DNA from: Takakia lepidozioides
Lineage: Eukaryota; Plantae; Bryophyta
Reading direction: 5' to 3'
Length of the DNA stretch: 64,000 bases
Assembly: GCA_030704615.1 (NCBI GenBank)
Contig: CM060734.1
Location: 25,296,001-25,360,000, forward strand
The notes under the pieces are model-generated. The model worked only from the letters and a program-made list of their open reading frames with translations, made no database searches and was not told where the DNA came from. Shown in pieces: positions 46,501 through 59,812 of the stretch. How positions within the stretch are numbered: position 1 is the first letter of the stretch; each line of letters starts with the position of its first letter. A program made the position numbers and the translations under genes.

Positions 46501-49500
46501 TCATTGCCCCTGCATTTCTACTCATTTATGATCTTCTTTTCAAGATTTGTGGAGGTAGCCAGAGGCTAAAGATGCCGTCCCTTCTGACTTGTCTAGGGTT
46601 GGCACTAGATCTATCATAGAGGGACAGACCAGTTCATGCATGCACTAATCCTGCACTGCTAGACACCTTACACACACACACCTGCATTCATCCAGGCTTG
46701 TGGCTGTTGCACTTTTATGAGATGTGCTTGGGGTCAGTGGACCTCGTTATCACAGACTGGCACTGAGGAAGTCTGTTCGCTTGTGTTTGCTTGTTGTTTT
46801 CTTGTTGTTTGTTGTTTGTGGCTGTCTATGTTTGCTTCGTTGGTTCGAAAGGCATCAACAAGACGCACTCGCGTGCCCCTCTTTGCCCTCTCTCCACGAA
46901 GCGCATAGGGTGCCTGCAAGGGTTTGAATGGTCGACAAGGGAGTGATGGAACGGTGGATCTTTGCTCATCCCCACCCTTTCTTAGCTACTCTTGTCGTTT
47001 CAATAGTTATATGCTTCTCAAATTGCAGCTGAGTCAAGATTGAAGGTGTAGAGGTTCTTCACAAACTGGATCCTTACATGGAGTCAATACGCCCGTAGAA
47101 GGTCAGAGTTAAATTGCATCATTGTAGAGAACAGTTACCTTAATGCGTAGATGTCTGTTTGCACATCATGGCTATGTTACCTCAGGTGGGTCTGGGCCAT
47201 GGACTATATTGTGATATCATTTTCTTTTTACCTCCTTGTTTTGATTACTATGAGCCAGTAGTTTGAATACTTATGTGGTTGGAGACAATAATCTTCTTGC
47301 CTTCAAATTGCAGGCCAAATTCCTGGGATGTCTCAACCAATGCCAGGGGTCTTTCCAGGAATGTTCCCTTTTGGGGGCACACAGGTGCAATCTTGAGCTT
47401 GTAACACTCAAGCTTCTCTTATTGGATGTAAAGGGTTAGACTTGACTTCAAAGTTTGTCAGGTGTCACATTCTCTATGCTTTTCCACTTGAGGTAGAACT
47501 TATCATATGAATAATATCCATGGGTGGCATTTTTTCCTGAAAAATAGACTGGTGGTGCAGTTTGGAGGCCTGCCTGCAATGCCAGCGCAAGCCATGACTC
47601 AGCAGGTACTTCAATCTTCCTATATGAGATTGCCAGGTCTTGTTCATTTCAAATTGCAAGCTTTGAATAATACATGTTAAGTTTAATATGTTAGTCATCA
47701 AATTGCCATAGCTGAAAACTGTCACCTTGGGATACCTATGTTGATTATAGTTTCCTTCCCCTCACTGCTTTTGTCAGTAAACCCTCTGAAGCCCAATCTT
47801 GTGAGTTTCTCTTGATAAGTACATCTCCCTGTAAAACTACAGGATACTATGAGGGTTTGACACAGGTCAGGTGCATGCATGCAGGCTACCAGGCATGCGC
47901 GTCGTGTCTATGTGGGAGGCCTTCCGCCAATGGCCAATGAGCAAGTGCGTAGTCTGTCAATTTATGCTGATTTGCATTTAGCGAGTGGCAAGGAAAGGAC
48001 TGCATTAGGTTATACACATGGCCTATCAATGCCAATATGAAGATGTGTCTTGCTGGTTGCTTGCGAAACATTGCAGTTGTATGTTTTGTCAATGCTTTGA
48101 GGAAGGATTTGGAACCGCCCTTCTCCACTGTGTCTCAGCATACTGGGCACCACCTTTGAGTGCATGTGCGAAAATAAACTTATTTCTAGATGAAGGGGGG
48201 AGTTCAAGGGGTTTCTCTGCCCCTAAACTTCAGTTCTTTCTTTTTATGTGTTTGTTTTTCAGACGGTCGCCACATTTTTCAGTCAGGTGACGCTGCTGTT
48301 GTTAGTCCCTTCAGGATTCCAGTTCGCAAGCGCCTAGGATACTCGTGTTAGAATCTCACCTGCCATGGGAATGATGTAGACACTTACATACAGTTACTGC
48401 TCATTCTATCGTGGTTAAAAATTGGCAATCTGTAATCTGCTTTGCATTAAGGCAAGTCTGGTTCTGTGCATCTCAAGGTTGTGCCTGCCGCAGTAGATTA
48501 TGTATGCTGTATTTATCTGGAGTTAGCTTGGCTGCAGTGGCAGGGCATATGTGTGTGGCCTCTTTGTCTCTGGTTGTTCATGCTGTGTCTTGTCAGAGAT
48601 CACTGGATTTCTCTAAGGTAAACAGTATTAAACAGACCATATTACCTTACTTCGAAGTTCGGAGTGTTCTATTGTGTCTGGTATCCCTAGGACCTTGGAA
48701 TGGTATTTTTGTGCCGTATGGGTGGATAATAGGTGTTACTTTCTCATGTCAAAACACCCTGTTTTGCTTTGTTCATTAGACGATCGCCACGTTTTTCAGT
48801 CAGGTGATGGCTGCTGTTGGAGGAAATACTGCTGGACCAGGTACTCTCTTTCTTGGAATGCTTTGTGATTCCATGTGAGATTGGATCCATGGTGCACCTA
48901 GCCAGAGCATGATGTGTACTTTAATTCATCATATCAATAGAGTCATAAAGGTATGGACGGTCTATCTGAGACAGTATATAGTTGGTGTTTCAAGAAAATG
49001 CTGATTGCTCTGACATAGTCTTCCCGTGACAGTTGGTGAGTAATTTTAGACCGGGATAAACATATCCACTTGAAAAATCTGTTGGCCAAGCATATGTCTC
49101 TGTACAGCTTACACAGTCTTATGTTGTGGGAGCAGGAGCGCTTTTGTTAGCCACATCCAGCCCCCAAGGTTAATAGTATAAAGGGACTAGGGTTCCACTT
49201 AATCACTTGCAGTACCTGCTACTCTGTTCTCTGCTTAGGCTGTAGACAGAACTACAGAGGTGAGCAGAGAATCCTTGAACTTCAGAGATTGTTGGTTGGT
49301 TTTGCAAAGGCATGAAGGAAAACCTTGGTTTCTAAATGCTGAGCTTGGGTACTGCAGGTGATGCCGTCGTTAATGTCTACATCAATCAAGAGAAGAAGTT
49401 TGCATTCGTGGAGATGCGCACTGTTGAAGAAGCTAGCAATGCTATGGCCCTTGATGGCGTCATCTTTGAGGTACTCAAGAAGAACCAAGGACATGTCTAA

Positions 49501-52500
49501 ATGCTATATGGATGCCCTCTGGTCCCCGCATTCCTCAAGCCCAAGTAGGTCGAAGAATTTCTGAAAAGCTCCTGAAACTCTCTTATGAAGAGAGCAAAAT
49601 CGACCATGTAGTTGAAACTTATTTCCTATTAACAAAATCATAGTGGTAGTGCTGCTGGCAGTCTCATCTTTATGCAAAACTGACTGTATGGATGTTTTGG
49701 ACAGGGGGTTTCAGTAAGGGTGAGGAGGCCAAGTGATTACAATCCCTCAATGGCTGCCACTCTTGGTCCAAGTCAACCCAGTCCTCACCTCAATCTTGCT
49801 GCTGTTGGCCTGACCCCTGGGTACATGCTATGCTTAGGCAACCTTCTTGTTACAACAACAAATACTTGGCTGGTTGCTGCCAAAGCTGGGCACTGAAAAT
49901 TGTTACATTTGCATGACGCACAATTGCTAATAGTGTCACTTAAGCCTAAGATGTGTCCTTAAGGCTTACTTGATAAAATAGTGGAAAGACCAGGCATAAA
50001 TGTAGCTCTTGGTCTTAGGTTAACAATAACAAGTAGACAGGCATGTAGATTAGGACAGTTAGTTGACATGGATGTGTAGAAGGGCTATAACAGAATGTAC
50101 TCACTCATAAGACGTTGTTTGCCGTAGCCTTGTGGCCATTGACCCTTCGCTCAGTTTGAGTGGAACACAAAGGGACAGAAACTACCTTTGTCAGGGGCTG
50201 ATGCTGGTAGTCGGACTTACCTTGGAACAGACAATTAATCCGAGTTTTCCAGATATCCTCTAGAAATCCCTTCACACAGCATCAATCTGCTGTGTGTGGT
50301 TTGCCCAATAACTAGGCGGGCCTGGGCTTTTGGCTCAGCCTCGACTCTTTCAAGTTGGTAAACAGAGGTTCAGGCACAATTCCCTTGATGGATTTGAAGA
50401 GGGCGTCTCTCTCGTGAGAGTACCCAGGACTGTGAATCAGAAAATGAATATTGTCTTCAGGTTGCCCACACAACGGGCAATTGCAATCCCTCTTTCCTCT
50501 TTGCATCTGTTTGCTGTTCAACGGTAGGCTTCCCGCCCTGAGTTTAAATTTCAGTCTAGTGCCGAGGGTGGGTAAACCCTTGAGGTCATCCATGATGGCC
50601 TCTCCCATGTCACAGACTGGAAACAAGTTCAGGGAAGTGTTCTGCCTAACCTCATTTTCATCAGACAATTCCTGGCAACAGACATGGCTTTGGACACTAC
50701 AGCCTCTAAGTCAGGTTTATCCAGCAGGGTCAAGACTTGCGGGCTTAGATTCAGATCCTTGAGAATTCTACTCTCTTCCGCCAGGACTTGGCCTGTTTGA
50801 CAGGGCGATCCTGCTTCCAAGATATATTGTCGATTAACTTAGGATATCTGATATTAGACATATGTTGCAGCTGAACCCACCATCTGACCTTGAATTCATC
50901 TCGTCGGGAGCTTAAGGAAGGAATGCCAAACTCACCATGAACAGCCATGTTGGCTGTTTTGGAGCATGCTGACATGCACTCCTTAAGCACCCGGATTCTA
51001 AAGACTTAGCCTGGTTGGAGTTATCAACCCATACTGCAGATGCGTGCTCCAAGGCAGGCCTAATAACGTGGCAAAGCATGGTTTTTTTTACTTCAGAGGT
51101 GATCCCTCTGATTTAGTGAGACCCAGCACTTTGCGCTTGCCAGATTGAACGACTTTTTGAATATGTGCATCCCAATTACAGTTGGAGGACAACTCAATGC
51201 CAAGGTATGTGTAGGAAGGGAGGACCGGATTCTCTTGGCTTCCCCACTGCCACTTGGGATCACCTCCTCCCTCTCCTCGGTCGTTGAAAGCCACCACTGC
51301 GAATTTACTGACATTAGCCTCTAGCGCCCAAAGGTCAAAGTATCTCTTCGCGCAATCAATCAACTCCTGGAGATTGGAAGGAGTCTCCCCTAGCCTGCAA
51401 AGTCATCCGCAAACATAAGGGCTGGTATGGTGGCATCACCCACCCTTAACCCAAATCCCTCACTTTCCGTATCCTCGAGGAGTTGATTGATGAAAACATT
51501 GAAGAGCAGAGGGGAGAGGTACATCCTTGAGCTACACCCTGGTCTATGTCAATGAAGTTAGACTTTTGTCCATTAACGGTGACACAGCTTTAGGTGTGAG
51601 CATACAAGTTATGGACCACTCTCCACATCTTTCCCTTGATCCTAGATGACCAGAGTCGGAGCCATAGACCATCTCTCCACACTGTGTCAGCCTTTTTGAC
51701 ATCCAAGAAAAAGACAAAAGTGGGTTTCCCTTCTTTTTCTCTTCCCCGGATTATCTGGCTTAGAGTGAAGATATGATCCACACACCCCCTGTTTCTCTGT
51801 AAGCCAGCTTGGCCTTCGTGGAAACAACCTCTAGATTCCAGATCAACCTGGAGACAAGTACTTATAACTCTGCAAAATATCTTGCCAACTGCATTGAGAT
51901 CATTACCACCATAGTGGTTTGAGTTTATTTCACTATATAACTTGTCCCAACATAATTTCTTCGGAGACCTTACACGCAGATTGATATCTTTGCGGATCTG
52001 GTAGTACCCAGCCCACATTTCTTTGTTGGCTTTCAAATTGCAGCACTCTTTATAGAGGACTCGTCTCTCGGCTATCTTGAGTTTGATCTCATTGGTCCAC
52101 CAAGTAACAGCACTACCGCAGACAATTCGTTTCCTCCCAATGATCTTGTCAGCCACAGAGGAGACGAAACTCTCCCAAGAGTCCACCGCTCTTTCGACTT
52201 CATTTCTTGCATTGCCAGAGCGAGACTGAAGATCTTGGAGTGAATGGACAAAGTGGGGTAGAGCCTCTTGCAAGGCCTGGACATACTCAGCCTTGATCTC
52301 TTCATTTTGGAATTTTTCTATAACAAAATGGAGTTTGGGACGAGAGAAGAGCTCTTTCTCTAAGCCTTTCCCTCTCTGTACCCTCACATCTGTTCTTCTC
52401 TTCAATTATGAGGCAGGTAAGAAGTCAAATGTACTCTAGACGAAGTGTGCAACTTTCTAGAGCTTTTGCCGGAGGTACTTGCCTTCCTTTGCCTTGTTTT

Positions 52501-55500
52501 GGCTGTCTGGTGTCCTAAAGCTCCATGATCTGAGGGATATCCAACAAGATGTGGGCTAGTACAACTTGCTGTATTAAGTAAGAACAGTAAAATGCTCCAT
52601 TGAACAAATTTTCATTTTGTTTTCGTCTTAGGAGTGCTGCTGGGGGTGCTGATGGACCTGATCGGATCTTTGTTGGAGGATTGCCGTACTATTTGACAGA
52701 GGTCCAAATCAAGGAGTTGCTTGAATCTTTTGGGTAAAAAGACTGCACTATGTAGTGACTGTCATTTGAAAGGATGCTTACAATCTTTTTCGAACCTTTG
52801 AAGGACCTAAGAGTGATCCAAAAGCTGTTGGGGCTGGGCTTTAGCAGTAAGTGCGGGTTGTAAACGTGGCCAAAATCTATGCGTGGTAGGTGACATGCTG
52901 ATTGGAGGTTGGACTTCTTCAAGTTATCACAGACCCTACCTTTCTTCCATACTTTCTTTGCTTGGTTGGCTGCAGGCCATTACGTGGCTTTGACCTCGTG
53001 AAAGACCGAGACACGGGCAATTCCAAAGGTTATGGTTTCTGTGTGTACCAGGTATTGACCTATCAAGACGAGCTCAGTACCCTTTTTCATTTGTTAATTC
53101 TATGGAGAGAGACGCGCATCTATTTTTTGTGTTCCTGCAGTTATTTCAAGAAATTGTTCAGGATCTCGTATCTCTAGAAATTCTCCTCTCGTGACTTCAA
53201 CGTGTTACCAGGGTAGGAGAGGAGTTAACAAATGTGTATTTTCTTTCTGGGTGAGGAGTTGATAGGTTTCAGAATCAGTCTGAGTTCCCCCCTGTTTCAG
53301 AAGTCTACAATCAACTGGCAGTCATCCTTTTGAAAAATTCTTTTGCCTTAACCAAACTCTCTGGCACCTCTAGTCACTTACCTTTGGCTCTCTTTGAGGC
53401 TGCTGTTCATCTGTCATGTATTTATTTTGTTGGTGGATCCAAAACCTGCAGGACCCAGCTGTTACGGACGTTGCTATTGCTGCCCTCAATGGCTTGAAAA
53501 TGGGTGACAAAACTTTGAGTGTACGTCGTGCCTCAGCCAGGTGAGGTTGTCTCATTTCTTTTCTCCCACCTTTTTATGCACCCCATCTGCTGTTCCAGTT
53601 TCAGCCCTGCCTTGGCCTCGATTGCCTGTGTCCTTTGTGACAGACCTTATGCACCACACCGCCTCGACTTTTGGCCATCCAACTGCTGCCAAATACAACT
53701 TCTATCACATAGGTGACTGTGTACATTCCTATGTAAATCCTCTTTCCAATGGGGTTGGATTCCCATATGCACGATGAGACTGTCTCCAACTTTGCTGTTT
53801 ACAGTTCTGCATTCAGGAGTCCTGTTTTGCACAGCCGGTAACGGGCTACAAGGGCCTTAGGGGTTGTGCGTGCGCTTGGGCATCAATAACGTTCCTTTTC
53901 TACACTGGCAAGCATATGCAAGGACGGACCTATGCCACTTAGGTCTCAATCTCCCTGAGCTTGGGAGTTTGGTAACTGTCGAGGGTTTTGTTACTGACAG
54001 TCAATCTGACTGCAGTGGCCAGCCGAAGCCAGATCAGGCCAATGTGTTGGCACAGGCTCAACATCAAATAGCAATTCAGGTATCATATTGTTGTCTTGTC
54101 ATGATTATCTTCATGTAGGAGGAATACTCTTCATAAGATTTCTGTGCTTTGACATGAACCGACATCCAGTGCAAATCTTACTGTGAGCAAGAAAGACAAC
54201 GACACTTGACCGTGCATTCTCAATTGTAGTGGTCGTGACAGTGCACTACATAGCAATTGTAATGTACAGAAACGTTCCTATTGTGCTTGAGAAATTACAA
54301 CCAGAATATATTCCACAGAAAGAAATTGGTTGATGTCTAACAGAAGAGTGTGGAACATGCAGAAGCTGGCCTTGCAAGCCAGTGGCGCCAATGCAGTGGC
54401 TCTGGGTGGATTGCCAGGTATGATGGGGATACCATCAGGATTAATTGCCAGCATGATGCCTGGTATGGGCAATGGCCTTTCTCCTTCACTCGAGACACCC
54501 ACTAAAGTCGTTGCCTTAACACAGGTGATTCTGACCCCTTTCATGGCCTCTTGTATGGATGTGTCATCACCTAGTATATGTCACTGACATTGAATTGGTT
54601 ATCGTGCCAAGCACTCTTCGTGGATTTCTCCACGAGATGCAGGATGCATTGTGTTTAGCTTGCTTGTAGCTATCAAGCTATGGGCGTAGGCGGATGAACT
54701 ACGTTCGATTGCTTGACCTGCGGCTTCGTCCATAGCACAAAGAACAACTTGAACCTAAAGCGATCCTAAGTGAGGACCTCCTCGGATGATTCAGGAACAC
54801 CCTGCCTGGTAGGCTTAATTAAGCACTGTAGGCCCCTAAAAGGCAAATCCCCGGGCTTGCTTCTTCTCCAAAAGCCCCCTTTCCCTAAGGAAGAGAGCTT
54901 CAATTATTTCTATTTTTCCTTCTCCTTCGGCCTCTCATTCGGGAATGAGCTATGGGAACAAAGTGGGTAAATCCGGGCCTAGAGTTCCCGCAAAGCGGGG
55001 GCGGATCGGAAGAACCCTAAACCCTAAATATATATATATGTATATGCTGCACTCCGCGGCCTAGTGCTGTTGGAACCATCAGCAATGGCGTCAGAGTTTC
55101 CATAGTCCAATGAATTGGAAGGGAATCAGTGTTTTAACCGTTATTATGCAGTCGTGGTATGAACTTGGTCTTCATAGAAGCAGATAAATAAATAATAATA
55201 ATAATAATAATCTTTGATTCTGGCTGATAAAGACCATCTATCATATTTGTTGCAACTGCTTAAAGTTTGGCAAAGCAAGATATGTCTGAAACCTGGGTGC
55301 TCCAGTCAATTGGGAGTACTGGAAAGTTGACAGGGTTCCTGGTCAACAGAGTATGTTTCTGAATTGGTATTCCTAGCTGTAGTCAATTAGCAATACTCAC
55401 ACTGGTAAGTTGTGACATCATCTCTTTACTTAAGTCTGGCTTTTCAATTGGCAACTTTTTCGCGTTTTGAAAGTAATGCTATGAAGACAACTGTGTGGAT

Positions 55501-56791
55501 TGCAATGACAGGTGGTTTCAGCAGATGAGCTAAAGGACGATGAAGAGTATGATGAGATCTTGCAAGACATGAGGGATGAGTGTGGCAAATATGGTATGTG
55601 ACATTGCAGGGTGACAATCTGTCTTGTAAACTATGATCACTAAAGGGAATTTGCCATCATAGCGATAACACTCTGAAATTAAAATGATCTGTAAAGGTTA
55701 TCTGATTTGGAGGAATGTTATTTCTTGCAGGAAACCTGGTGAATCTTGTCATCCCCAGACCAAGGCTCACTGGTGAGGAAGTTCCTGGTGTTGGAAAGGT
55801 GTGTGAATGCCTAACCTAAACTTGGAAATCTCTCTCTCACGAGACCATCAAGAACACAGTCCTTGCACTTCTGTTCACCAACTTTCAAAAATCTCGAGGC
55901 TGAGCCTAAAGCCCTGGCCCTGTTGGGGTCTAATTGCTGGGCAGCTCACACACAGCAGATTGATGCTTGTGTGAAGGGCTTTCTAGAGGAAATCTGAAAA
56001 GCCCGAACCAATTGTTTATACCAAGGCAAGTCCCATTACTGGAGTCCCTCACAAAGGTAGTGTCTGCTCCTTCTTGTTCAGCCCAAACTGGGTGTGGGTC
56101 TATCGTCACGAGCCTACGGTAAACGTCTCATGAGTACATTTTTCTCTCACACACACACAAACAACCACAAGTACTCAAAATCAGATAACCTCTACCAACC
56201 ATTTTATTCCAGTGTTTTGCCATGACAGCAAATTTCTTGCCATGACAGCAAATTTCTTTCATGCATGATGTAGTATTGGTGTACTAGACAGCTTGTCAAC
56301 CTGCGACATGAAATATCCTATTTAACATTCTCCTCCCTTGTGTCCTTGAGGTGATCTGCTGACACCACCTGCCATTGCAATGGCATATGTTTCAATGGAT
56401 ATTGTAGCAGTTGACTTGAAACTCACCAAAAGCTGCTAATTGAAAAGCCTAAAGGGTCTGTTGGTCCTGTCATATGCAATAACAAGTAAAGGTCACTGGT
56501 TTTCTCATGTCGTTAGGCAATAAGGTCATTTTGTCTTTCCAGAGTTCTGCTGTTCGGATGGATGTCTGGGCAGCTCTCTGCCTTTGCTTCTGGGAACTCA
56601 GAATCATGGTAATGATAAGATCGTTCACAAGTTGATGTGCTTGAACTTAACAGGTGTTTGTCGAGTACACTGACACAGGAGGTGCAGCAAAAGCCAGGTC
56701 TTCCCTTCATGGACGAAAGTTTGGAGGAAATTCAGTTATTGCAGTGTATTATTCAGAAGAAAAATTTGCCAGAGGGAATTATGTAGGCTGA
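43568..56791 (+). CDS. U2AF65: Splicing factor U2AF large subunit, 18 exons
   Basis: Exons 43568-43690, 45252-45403, 45757-45888, 46193-46260, 47314-47384, 47561-47605, 47885-47944, 48780-48840, 49358-49470, 49705-49820, 52632-52733, 52976-53051, 53452-53540, 54016-54079, 54363-54524, 55512-55593, 55731-55798, 56654-56791. RS/RD domain, ULM SGFDMAPP, RRM1 ATRHARRVYVGGLP, RRM2 DRIFVGGLPY and C-terminal UHM. Confidence 0.95.
50090..52410 (-). mobile_element. 5'-truncated non-LTR retrotransposon (LINE) in U2AF65 intron 10
   Basis: EGQAGLQRNRGCVDHIFTL, FLDVKKA, LMFADDF, YTYLGI and C-terminal CPLC..H. Frameshifted. Confidence 0.9.
55890..56135 (+). mobile_element. Short 3'-end copy of the same LINE family in the last intron
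   Basis: tgatgcttgtgtgaagg..tctagagga..caagg..acaaaggtag..gtctcatgagtacat matches the reverse complement of 50095-50310. Confidence 0.65.
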
Positions 56792-57221
56792 AGGCCTGTC
56801 TGTGTTTGTCTGCTGTAACACAATTAAAGCAATGAAGGGTTCTTTGTAAGCAACTTTGTCATTACTGATCATAAGTAATCACTCAAAGATGGATTTGTTG
56901 AAGGAGGGCTTGTTTGATGTAGCTTCTTGACAGAAATGTGTGTGCTTTTTGTTCCTCCCTTTTTGCCGTTCCAAGGTAGCTGGGTTATGTATAGGGGTTG
57001 TCCCCCCTCCAAGTGCGCACTGCGGTGAGAGGGGTGAGAGGGGAGTAGTGCCAGGGCGTGGCCCCAGGCAGAAGGACCCCAACACCAAGATGGGCCCCAG
57101 GTGGGGAATTTCCGCTGCATTAAGACGGTTATTTCCAGCAGTGGATGGATGGCTGAGATCTCTTAAAAATTGAGATAGATAAGGTCCCTAGAATTAAAAT
57201 AATGTATATATATATATGTTT

Positions 57222-58230
57222 TTTAAGAACAGGGGACAGAGGGCCTGGAAATACATTGCAGGGGGCAAATGCCCAAAGAGTACAAAGAGGAAAAAATAAC
57301 CTCATAAGTGGGTGCCATAGAGGCTGATCCAGGAAGACACAGCTTCCTAACCAAGGCTAAGAGAAGAAAGAGGGACAGTACCAGGGAGGATGCCGGCACA
57401 GTCATACAAGAAGCAACAGCAGATGACCAGGAGGCCTGCATAAGAAGGCAGGCACTAAGAAACACAGCTTGAAGCCAAGGCTAAGATAAGACAGACAGAC
57501 TGTACCAGAAAGGAACAGTCAAACAAAGAAAGAACAGAAGAAGAACCAGAAGCACTAAAAATCAGTAGCTACGCTTCCTTTTGTAAGGCTCAAAAGAAAG
57601 CTGCATTCTAGATCTAGTTCTACGAAGAGAGCGGCAGCGGTGTCTCCAACTGTGGAAAGTACTAAAGGAGCTCCCAGCCTGGAGGGAGGGAGTCCTTCCA
57701 GCATATTCCCGAGTTGGACGTGGACGGTGATCTGGAGCAGATTGTAGCTCCTTTGGCCCAGGAACTGTCAAATCGAGTGAACAGTTGCTCTCTCCTTCTG
57801 CTATCACACTTGCAAACAGCTTCCCTCAAAACCCCCCAAGCCTTGCAGGCCTCAGACATCAGGTCTGAGTGAATCATACACAAAATCACTCCGGCACCGG
57901 TCGGCCTCCCCTCAAAAATGCGCGCACACCTAGCCTTCCAAATGTGCCAAAGCGTATAAGTTCTAAGAGAAGCCCAAACCGGGCAATCAGATCATAAGGA
58001 CCCCTGGGAGAAATTGAGAAGGACAGCCTGGTTTGGAGTCGTCAAAGATTTCCAAGGGCTATAGAATGAGAGAACCTGGTGCCAAACCGCAGAGGCCAGA
58101 GGACAAGAGGACAGGCAATGTTCGATTGTTTCATGAGCTTGTAGATGACAAGAAGGACAGTCCCCAGGCCCATCAGGAAAGCGAGCACACACAGGAATGA
58201 TTCTATTGACCACTCCACAGAAAACCACTA
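57222..58230 (-). mobile_element. L1-like LINE 3' fragment (zf-RVT)
   Basis: CPSCHLQAHETIEHCLSSCPLASAVW and LWHIWKARCARIF. Confidence 0.75.
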
Positions 58231-58419
58231 ATCTTGGAGGCCTTGTCCTTTCTCCAGTTGTCCTTCCAAATAATAGACCAATAAATTGAATTAGTAAAGA
58301 AAGATGACAGTTTGTAAGATCCCCCATCCTATCTTAGTGCGAAGGTCCCCACCTCCAGTTCCGCCAAATAAGCTCCCCGAAAAATACAAAGGGGAAAAAC
58401 CAGTAGGTGTTTATGTTTT

Positions 58420-59810
58420 CAAAGGGTGTCTTGGTGTGAACCGGTGTTGGGCGGGTACTATGATTTTTAACCAGCAGGGTCGTCCTGGTATTGAAAATAA
58501 ATTATTTTTCAATACCAACCGGTTCCATAGTATTGGAAGATTCACTTAATTTTAATATTCGCCGGTTCTCAATAGTAGTATGATTTTTTATTTGCGGACG
58601 GGTATCAATAGGATGGGTATTCCAATCGGAATACCAGCCGGTTATCAACCCGGATATAAATAATTAAAATTAAAATAGCCTTTGAATCATTAATGTCTTT
58701 AATTGAATTTAGAAGCATACTTGATTTCACAAAGAAATTAAATATTCTGTTGCAAAATTCAGACTTTGCATTACATAATAATGTTGCAGATTTTAGTATG
58801 CAAAATGAAGCAAGCTTAGTTAAAAGAAAACTGATTGCAAGCCTCATTGCAAACATGCCAGCATCTGCAATGAGGTCCTCATCTTCATCAATCATATCGT
58901 CTTCCAACAAAAAGAAATCCTTGATCCTTGCTCAACCACCTTGCAATCCGTCCGCATGTCATCCGACTAATTCTTTAAAATTAGCACCAATTTGTAGAGG
59001 TTGTCAATGCCAAGTCGACATCGCCGCAGACTAGTGATGAGTCCAGCAATGCTAAAGATTCGCTCGGTCTCCCCAGATTGCTCTCGCAAGGAAACTGATG
59101 TTCGGAAATTGAACCTCATGAACCTTCCACCACCCGAGGGGACATTTACAATCATCAATATTAACATAAATCAGAACAAAAATAATTCAGATTTGAGAAG
59201 CCCAATTGTGGCTTCTTCATTTGAGGTAGTTGATCCAAATAAAGAATCTTCGAGGGACACATCTTATAACTCTCATGTTGACCCGGATTCAAGCGCTTAA
59301 AGATGGTGGTCAAAAGTGGAATGAGCACATGAATGTTATAAATGACAACCACTTGTAGTGCTCTGTCCCTCCCCACATAATCAGTAATCAATAATAGGCT
59401 CTTGTATGGGGGATCAAGCATGAGGGCCAACATATTGTGTGCCTTATCCGCTGAAAATGAAACTAAAACACATATCATCCCCTTTCATTTAACCTCCCCT
59501 CTCTTTTACTCCAATGGAGTTTATAGCTTGTTACTTTAACTTCTCTATGTTCTTTTGCTTCAACCATGCTTCTATTTCATTGTTCATGCAGTCAACTTCT
59601 GAATGTCGGATGCATAAAGAGGGCAATTCTTTTACGACTTATGCTTCATGTTTACACTATGCTCCACGGCCTCGCCAAAGTGAATGTCCATGGTAATTGC
59701 AGATCCAAAGTCATGGGCATGTTGAAGTGTTATGACACACGTTAACAACATCCTTGATCATTCTATCTGTATGGATGAAATTGTTCATATCAAAAGATTT
59801 TATTCTAGTA
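58420..59810 (-). mobile_element. hAT transposon 3' remnant
   Basis: Dimerisation motif ETERIFSIAGLITSLRRCRLGIDNL, LALMLDP, and subterminal aataccaaccgg repeats. Confidence 0.8.
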
Positions 59811-59812
59811 GT

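Noticed and set aside
55012-55045. Telomere-like CCCTAAA repeats
   Set aside because: Only two units, next to (TA)n inside an intron; not an array.
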